This document shows positions 51,701 to 61,100 of a DNA stretch of 64,000 nt, in pieces (the stretch's first letter is position 1; each line of letters starts with the position of its first letter). Below the pieces are notes generated by a model. The model did no database searches, was not told the origin of the DNA, and saw only the letters and a list, made by a program, of their open reading frames with translations. Source of the DNA: the human T2T-CHM13v2.0 reference genome, Homo sapiens; the NCBI RefSeq assembly GCF_009914755.1, contig NC_060929.1; one strand, written 5' to 3'. The position numbers and the translations under genes were made by a program.

Positions 51701-52394
51701 AAGGCTAGACAGAAGAATTCTCAGTAACTTCCTTGTGTTGTGTGTATTCAACTCACAGAGTTGAACGATCCTTTACACAGAGCAGACTTGTAACACTCTT
51801 TTTGTGGAATTTGCAAGTGGAGATTTCAGCCGCTTTGAAGTCAAAGTTAGAAAAGGAAATATCTTCCTTTAAAAATTAGACAGAATGATTCTCAGAAACT
51901 CCTTTGTGATGGGTGCGTTCAACTCACAGAGTTTAACCTTTCTTTTCATAGAGCAGTTAGGAAACACTCTGTTTGTAAAGTCTGCAAGTGGATATTCAGA
52001 CCTCTTTGAGACCTTCGTTGGAAACGGGTTTTTTTCATATAAGGCTAGACAGAAGAATTCCCAGTAACTTGCTTGTGTTGTGTGTGTTCAACTCACAGAG
52101 TTGAACTTTGATTTACACAGAGCAGATTTGAAACACTCTTTTTGTGGAATTTGCAAGTGGAGATTTCAAGCGCTTTGAGGCCAAAGGCAGAAAAGGAAAT
52201 ATCTTCGTATAAAAACTAGACAGAATCATTCTCAGAAACTGCTCTGCGATGTGTGCGTTCAACTCTCAGAGTTTAACTTTTCTTTTCATTCAGCAGTTTG
52301 TAAACTCTCTGTTTGTAAAGTCTGCACGTGGATATTTTGACCACTTAGAGGCCTTCGTTGGAAACGGGTTTTTTTCCTGTAAGGCTAGACAGAA
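36766..52394 (+). repeat. Macro-repeat copy U3 (15,629 bp; 20+10+12+10+12+16+12-mers)
   Basis: Matches U1 at offset 23101 at the start and 23781-23782 after an extra 680 bp (16472/40253, 21909/45690, 27612/51394). Confidence 0.9.
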
Positions 52395-55300
52395 GAATTC
52401 CCAGTAACTTCCTTGTGTTGTGTACATTCAACTCACAGAGTTGAACGTTAACTTAGACAGAGCAGATTTGAAACACTCTTTTTGTGCAATTGGCAAGTGG
52501 AGATTTCAAGAGTTTTAAGGTCAATGGCAGAAAAGGAAATATCTTCGTTTCAAAACTAGACAGAATCATTCCCACAAACTGCGTTGTGATGTGTTCGTTC
52601 AAATCACAGAGTTTAACCTTTCTTTTCATAGAGCAGTTAGGAAACACTCTGTTTGTAAATTCTGTAAGTGGATATTCTGACATCTTGTGGCCTTCTTTGG
52701 AAACGGGATTTCTTCATATTCTGCTAGACAGAAGAATTCTCAGAATCTTCCTTGTGTTGTGTGTATTCAACTCACAGAGTTGAACGATGCTTTACACAGA
52801 GCAGACTTAAAACACTCTTTTTGTGGAATTTGCAAGTGGAGATTTCAGCCGCGTTGAGGTCCATGGTAGAAAAGGAAATATCTTCGTATAAAAACTAGAC
52901 AGAATGATTCTCAGAAACTTCTTTGTGATGTGTGCGTTCAACTCACAGAGTTTAACCTTTCTTTTCATAGAGCAGTTAGGAAACACTCTGCTTGTAAACT
53001 CTGCAAGTGGATATTCAGACCTCTTTGAGGCCTTCGTTGGAAACGGGATTTCTTCATACTATGCTAGACAGAAGAATTCTCAGTAACTTCTTTGTGTTGT
53101 GTGTATTCAACTCACAGAGTTGAACGATACTTTACACAGAGCAGACTTGATACACTCGTTTTGTGGAATTTGCAAGTGGAGATTTCAGCCGCTTTGAGGT
53201 CCGTGGTAGAAAAGGAAATATCTTCGTATAAAAACTTGACAGAATGATTCTCAGAAACTTCTTTGTGATGTGTGCGTTCAACTCACAGAGTTTAACCTTT
53301 CTTTTCATAGAGCAGTTAGGAAACACTCTGTTTGTAAAGTCTGCAAGTGGATATTCAGACCTCTTTGAGGCCTTCGTTGGAAACGGGATTTCTTCATACT
53401 ATGCTAGACACAAGAATTCTCAGTAACTTCTTTGTGTTGTGTGTATTCAACTCACAGAGTTGAACGATGCTTCACACAGAGCAGACTTGAAACACTCGTT
53501 TTGTGGAATTTGCAAGAGGAGATTTCAGCCGCTTTGAGGTCAATGGTAGAAAAGGAAATATCTTCGTATAAAAACTAGACAGAATGATTCTCAGAAACTC
53601 CTTTCTGATGTGTGTGTTCAACTCACAGAGTTTAACCTTTCTTTTCATAGAGCAGTTAGGAAACACTCTGTTTGTAAAGTCTGCAAGTGGATATTCAGAC
53701 CTCTTTGAGGCCTTCGTTGGAAACGGGTTTTTTTCATATAAGGCTAGACAGAAGAATTCCCAGTAACTTCCTTGTGTTGTGTGTGTTCAACTCACAGAGT
53801 TGAACGTTCCCTTAGACAGAGGAGATTTGAAACACTCTTTTTGTGGAATTTGCAAGTGGAGATTTCAAGCGCTTTGAGGCCAAAGGCAGAAAAGGAAATA
53901 TCTTCGTATAAAAACTAGACAGAATCATTCTCAGAAACTGCTCTGTGATGTGTGCGTTCAACTCTCAGAGTTTAACTTTTCTTTTCATTCAGCAGTTTGG
54001 AAACACTCTGTTTGTAAAGTCTGCACGTGGATAATTTGACCACTTAGAGGCCTTCGTTGGAAACGGGTTTTTTTCATGTAAGGCTATACAGAAGAATTCT
54101 CAGTAACTTCCTTTTGTTGTGTGTATTCAACTCACAGAGTTGAACGATCCTTTACACAGAGCAGACTTGTAACACTCTTTTTGTGGAATTTGCAAGTGGA
54201 GATTTCAGCCGCTTTGAAGTCAAAGGTAGAAAAGGAAATATCTTCCTATAAAAACTAGACAGAATGATTCTCAGAAACTCCTTTGTGATGTGTGCGTTCA
54301 ACTCACAGAGTTTAACCTTTCTTTTCATAGAGCAGTTAGGAAACACTCTGTTTGTAAAGTCTGCAAGTGGATATTCAGACCTCTTTGAGGCCTTCGTTGG
54401 AAACGGGTTTTTTTCATATAAGGCTAGACAGAAGAATTCCCAGTAACTTCCTTGTGTTGTGTGTGTTCAACTCACAGAGTTGAACTTTCATTTACACAGA
54501 GCAGATTTGAAACACTCTTTTTGTGGAATTTGCAAGTGGAGATTTCAAGCGCTTTGAGGCCAAAGGCAGAAAAGGAAATATCTTCGTATAAAAACTAGAC
54601 AGAATCACTCTCAGAAACTGCTCTGCGATGTGTGCGTTCAACTCTCAGAGTTTAACTTTTCTTTTCATTCAGCAGTTTGGAAACACTCTGTTTGTAAAGT
54701 CTGCACGTGGATATTTTGACCTCTCAGAGGTCTTCGTTGGAAACGGGTTTTTTTCCTGTAAGGCTAGACAGAAGAATTCCCAGTAACTTCCTTGTGTTGT
54801 GTACATTCAACTCACAGAGTTGAACGTTCCCTTAGACAGAGCAGATTTGAAACACTCTTTTTGTGCAATTGGCAAGTGGAGATTTCAAGAGTTTTAAGGT
54901 CAATGGCAGAAAAGGAAATATCTTCGTTTCAAAACTAGACAGAATCATTCCCACAGACTGCGTTGTGATGTGTTCGTTCAAATCACAGAGTTTAACCTTT
55001 CTTTTCATAGAGCAGTTAGGAAACAGTCTGTTTGTAAATTCTGTAAGTGGATATTCTGACAACTTGTGGCCTTCGTTGGAAACGGGATTTCTTCATATTC
55101 TGCTAGACAGAAGAATTCTCAGAATCTTCCTTGTGTTGTGTGTATTCAACTCACAGAGTTGAACGATGGTTTACACAGAGCAGAGTTGAAACACTCTTTT
55201 TGTGGAATTTGAAAGTGGAGATTTCAGCCGCTTTGAGGTCAAAGGTAGAAAAGGAAATATCTTCGTATAAAAACTAGACAGAATGATTCTCAGAAACTTC

Positions 55301-58170
55301 TTGGTGATGTGTGCGTTCAACTCACAGAGTTTAACCTTTCTTTTCATAGAGCAGTTAGGAAACACTCTGTTTGTAAACTCTGCAAGTGGATATTCAGACC
55401 TCCTTGAGGCCTTCGTTGGAAACGGGATTTCTTCATACTGTGCTAGACAGAAGAATTCTCAGTAACTTCCTTGTGTTGTGTGTATTCAACTCACAGAGTT
55501 GAATGATCCTTTACACAGAGCAGACTTGAAACACTCTTTTTGTGGAATTTGCAAGTGGAGATTTCAGCCGCGTTGAGGTCAATGGTAGAAGAGGAAATAT
55601 CTTCGTATAAAAACTAGACAGAATGATTCTCAGAAACTCCTTTGTGATGTGTGTGTTCAACTCAAAGAGTTTAACCTTTCTTTTCATAGAGCAGTTAGGA
55701 AACACTCTGTTTGTAAAGTCTGCAAGTGGATATTCAGACCTCTTTGAGGCCTTCGTTGGAAACGGGTTTTTTTATAGAAGGCTAGACAGAAGAATTCCCA
55801 GTAACTTCCTTGTGTTGTGTGTGTTCAACTCACAGAGTTGAACTTTGATTTACACAGAGCAGATTTGAAACACTCTTTTTGTGGAATTTGCAAGTGGAGA
55901 TTTCAAGCGCTTTGAGGCCAAAGGCAGAAAAGGAAATATCTTCGTATAAAAACTAGACAGAATCATTCTCAGAAACTGCTCTGCGATGTGTGCGTTCAAC
56001 TCTCAGAGTTTAACTTTTCTTTTCATTCAGCAGTTTGGAAACACTCTGTTTGTAAAGTCTGCACGTGGATATTTTGACCAGTTAGAGGCCTTCGTTGGAA
56101 ACGGGTTTTTTTCCTGTAAGGCTAGACAGAAGAATTCCCAGTAACTTCCTTGTGTTGTGTACATTCAACTCACAGAGTTGAACGTTAACTTAGACAGAGC
56201 AGATTTGAAACACTCTTTTTGTGAAATTGGCAAGTGGAGATTTCAAGAGTTTTAAGGTCAATGGCAGAAAAGGAAATATCTTCGTTTCAAAACTAGACAG
56301 AATCATTCCCACAAACTGCGTTGTGATGTGTTCGTTCAAATCACAGAGTTTAACCTTTCTTTTCATAGAGCAGTTAGGAAACACTCTGTTTGTAAATTCT
56401 GTAAGTGGATATTCTGACATCTTGTGGCCTTCTTTGGAAACGGGATTTCTTCATATTCTGCTAGACAGAAGAATTCTCAGAATCTTCCTTGTGTTGTGTG
56501 TATTCAACTCACAGAGTTGAACGATGCTTTACACAGAGCAGACTTGAAACACTCTTTTTGTGGAATTTGCAAGTGGAGATTTCAGCCGCTTTGAGGTCCA
56601 TGGTAGAAAAGGAAATATCTTCGTATAAAAACTAGACAGAATGATTCTCAGAAACTTCTTTGTGATGTGTGCGTTCAACTCACAGAGTTTAACCTTTCTT
56701 TTCATAGAGCAGTTAGGAAACACTCTGTTTGTAAACTCTGCAAGTGGATATTCAGACCTCTTTGAGGCCTTCGTTGGAAACGGGATTTCTTCATACTATG
56801 CTAGACAGAAGAATTCTCAGTAACTTCTTTGTGTTGTGTGTATTCAACTCACAGAGTTGAACGATACTTTACACAGAGCAGACTTGATACACTCGTTTTG
56901 TGGAATTTGCAAGTGGAGATTTCAGCCGCTTTGAGGTCCGTGGTAGAAAAGGAAATATCTTCGTATAAAAACTTGACAGAATGATTCTCAGAAACTTCTT
57001 TGTGATGTGTGCGTTCAACTCACAGAGTTTAACCTTTCTTTTCATAGAGCAGTTAGGAAACACTCTGTTTGTAAAGTCTGCAAGTGGATATTCAGACCTC
57101 TTTGAGGCCTTCGTTGGAAACGGGATTTCTTCATACTATGCTAGACACAAGAATTCTCAGTAACTTCTTTGTGTTGTGTGTATTCAACTCACAGAGTTGA
57201 ACGATGCTTCACACAGAGCAGACTTGAAACACTCGTTTTGTGGAATTTGCAAGAGGAGATTTCAGCCGCTTTGAGGTCAATGGTAGAAAAGGAAATATCT
57301 TCGTATAAAAACTAGACAGAATGATTCTCAGAAACTCCTTTCTGATGTGTGTGTTCAACTCACAGAGTTTAACCTTTCTTTTCATAGAGCAGTTAGGAAA
57401 CACTCTGTTTGTAAAGTCTGCAAGTGGATATTCAGACCTCTTTGAGGCCTTCGTTGGAAACGGGTTTTTTTCATATAAGGCTAGACAGAAGAATTCCCAG
57501 TAACTTCCTTGTGTTGTGTGTGTTCAACTCACAGAGTTGAACGTTCCCTCAGACAGAGCAGATTTGAAACACTCTTTTTGTGGAATTTGCAAGTGGAGAT
57601 TTCAAGCGCTTTGAGGCCAAAGGCAGAAAAGGAAATATCTTCGTATAAAAACTAGACAGAATCATTCTCAGAAACTGCTCTGTGATGTGTGCGTTCAACT
57701 CTCAGAGTTTAACTTTTCTTTTCATTCAGCAGTTTGGAAACACTCTGTTTGTAAAGTCTGCACGTGGATAATTTGACCACTTAGAGGCCTTCGTTGGAAA
57801 CGGGTTTTTTTCATGTAAGGCTATACAGAAGAATTCTCAGTAACTTCCTTTTGTTGTGTACATTCAACTCACAGAGTTGAACGTTCCCTTACACAGAGCA
57901 GATTTGAAACACTCTTTTTGTGCAATTGGCAAGTGGAGATTTCAAGCGCTTTGAGGCCAAAGGCAGAAAAGGAAATATCTTCGTATAAAAACTAGACAGA
58001 ATCATTCTCAGAAACTGCTCTGCGATGTGTGTGTTCAACTCTCAGAGTTTAACTTTTCTTTTCATTCAGCAGTTAGGAAACACTCTGTTTGTAAACTCTG
58101 CAAGTGGATATTCAGACCTCCTTGAGGCCTTCGTTGGAAACGGGATTTCTTCATACTGTGCTAGACAGAA
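52395..58170 (+). repeat. Divergent HOR block containing a partial duplication at offset 3737 bp
   Basis: 52395-~54120 recurs at 56132-~57857 (GTTAAC, AAGAGTTTT, CTTCTTTGG, GGTCCGTGG, AAACTTGAC, GACACAAG, CTTTCTGATG, GGCTATAC). It contains a 14-mer A-B-B'-C'-D-E-D' and an 8-mer (54774-56131). Confidence 0.85.
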
Positions 58171-61100
58171 GTATTCTCAGTAACTTCCTTGTGTTGTGTG
58201 TATTCAACTCACAGAGTTGAACGATCCTTTACACAGAGCGGACTTGAAACACTCTTTTTGTGGAATTTGCAAGTGGAGATTTCAGGCGCGTTGAGGTCAA
58301 TGGTAGAAAAGGAAATATCTTCGTATAAAAACTAGACAGAATGATTCTCAGAAACTCCTTTGTGATGTGTGTGTTCAACTCACAGAGTTTAACCTTTCTT
58401 TTCATAGAGCAGTTAGGAAACACTCTGTTTGTAAAGTCTGCAAGTGGATATTCAGACCTCTTTGAGGCCTTCGTTGGAAACGGGTTTTTTTCATAGAAGG
58501 CTAGACAGAAGAATTCCCAGTAACTTCCTTGTGTTGTGTGTGTTCAACTCACAGAGTTGAACTTTCATTTACACAGAGCAGATTTGAAACACTCTTTTTC
58601 TGGAATTTGCAAGTGGAGATTTCAAGCGCTTTGAGGCCAAAGGCAGAAAAGGAAATATCTTCGTATAAAAACTAGACAGAATCATTCTCAGAAACTGCTC
58701 TGCGATGTGTGTGTTCAACTCTCAGAGTTTAACTTTTCTTTTCATTCAGCAGTTTGGAAACACTCTGTTTGTAAAGTCTGCACGTGGATAATTTGACCAC
58801 TTAGAGGCCTTCGTTGGAAACGGGTTTTTTTCAGTAAGGCTAGATAGAAGAATTCTCAGTAACTTCCTTGTGTTGTGTGTATTCAACTCACAGAGTTGAA
58901 CGATCCTTTACACAGAGCAGACTTGTAACACTCTTTTTGTGGAATTTGCAAGTGGAGATTTCAGCCGCTTTGAAGTCAAAGGTAGAAAAGGAAATATCTT
59001 CCTATAAAAATTAGACAGAATGATTCTCAGAAACTCCTTTGTGATGTGTGCGTTCAACTCACAGAGTTTAACCTTTCTTTTCATAGAGCAGTTGGGAAAC
59101 ACTCTGTTTGTAAAGTCTGCAAGTGGATATTCAGACCTCTTTGAGGCCTTCGTTGGAAACGGGTTTTTTTCATATAAGGCTAGACAGAAGAATTCCCAGT
59201 AACTTCCTTGTGTTGTGTGTGTTCAACTCACAGAGTTGAACTTTGATTTACACAGAGCAGATTTGAAACACTCCTTTTGTGGAATTTGCAAGTGGAGATT
59301 TCAAGCGCTTTGAGGCCAAAGGCAGAAAAGGAAATATCTTCGTATAAAAACTAGACAGAATCATTCTCAGAAACTGCTCTGCAATGTGTGCGTTCAACTC
59401 TCAGAGTTTAACTTTTCTTTTCATTCAGCAGTTTGTAAACACTCTGTTTGTAAAGTCTGCACGTCGATGTTTTGACCACTTAGAGGCCTTCGTTGGAAAC
59501 GGGTTTTTTTCCTGTAACGCTAGACAGAAGAATTCCCAGTAACTTCCTTGTGTTGTGTACATTCAACTCACAGAGTTGAACGTTCCCTTAGACAGAGCAG
59601 ATTTGAAACACTCTTTTTGTGCAATTGGCAAGTGGAGATTTCAAGCGCTTTAAGGTCAATGGCAGAAAAGGAAATATCTTCGTTTCAAAACTAGACAGAA
59701 TTATTCCCACAAACTGCGTTGTGATGTGTTCGTTCAACTCACAGAGTTTAACCTTTCTTTTCATAGAGCAGTTAGGAAACAGTCTGTTTGTAAATTCTGT
59801 AAGTGGATATTCTGACATCTTGTGGCCTTCGTTGGAAACGGGATTTCTTCATATTCTGCTAGACAGAAGAATTCTCAGAATCTTCCTTGTGTTGTGTGTA
59901 TTCAACTCACAGAGTTGAACGATGGTTTACACAGAGCAGATTTGAAACACTCTTTTTGTGGAATTTGCAAGTGGAGATTTCAGCCGCTTTGAGGTCAATG
60001 GTAGAAAAGGAAATATCTTCGTATAAAAACTAGACAGAATGATTCTCAGAAACTTCTTTGTGATGTGTGCGTTCAACTCACAGAGTTTAACCTTTCTTTT
60101 CATAGAGCAGTTAGGAAACACTCTGTTTGTAAACTCTGCAAGTGGATATTCAGACCTCTTTGAGGCCTTCGTTGGAAACGGGATTTCTTCATACTGTGCT
60201 AGACAGAAGAATTCTCAGTAACTTCCTTGTGTTGTGTGTATTCAACTCACAGAGTTGAACAATCCTTTACACAGAGCGGACTTGAAACACTCTTTTTGTG
60301 GAATTTGCAAGTGGAGATTTCAGCCGCGTTGAGGTCAATGGTAGAAAAGGAAATATCTTCGTATAAAAACTAGACAGAATGATTCTCAGAAACTCCTTTG
60401 TGATGTGTGTGTTCAACTCACAGAGTTTAACCTTTCTTTTCATAGAGCAGTTAGGAAACACTCTGTTTGTGAAGTCTGCAAGTGGATATTCAGACCTCTT
60501 TGAGGCCTTCTTTGGAAACGGGTTTTTTTCATATAAGGCTAGACAGAAGAATTCCCAGTAACTTCCTTGTGTTGTGTGTGTTCAACTCACAGAGTTGAAC
60601 TTTCATTTACACAGAGCAGATTTGAAACACTCTTTTTGTGGAATTTGCAAGTGGAGATTTCAAGCGCTTTGAGGCCAAAGGCAGAAAAGGAAATATCTTC
60701 GTATAAAAACTAGACAGAATCATTCTCAGAAACTGCTCTGCGATGTGTGCGTTCAACTCTCAGAGTTTAATTTTTCTTTTCATTCAGCAGTTTGGAAACA
60801 CTCTGTTTGTAAAGTCTGCACGTGCATAATTTGACCACTTAGAGGCCTTCGTTGGAAACGGGTTTTTTTCATGTAAGGCTAGACAGAAGAATTCTCAGTA
60901 ACTTCCTTGTGTTGTGTGTATTCAACTCACAGAGTTGAACGATCCTTTACACAGAGCAGACTTGTAACACTCTTTTTGTGGAATTTGCAAGTGGAGATTT
61001 CAGCCTCTTTGAAGTCAAAGGTAGAAAAGGAAATATCTTCCTATAAAAACTAGACAGAATGATTCTCAGAAACTCCTTTGTGATGTGTGCGTTCAACTCA

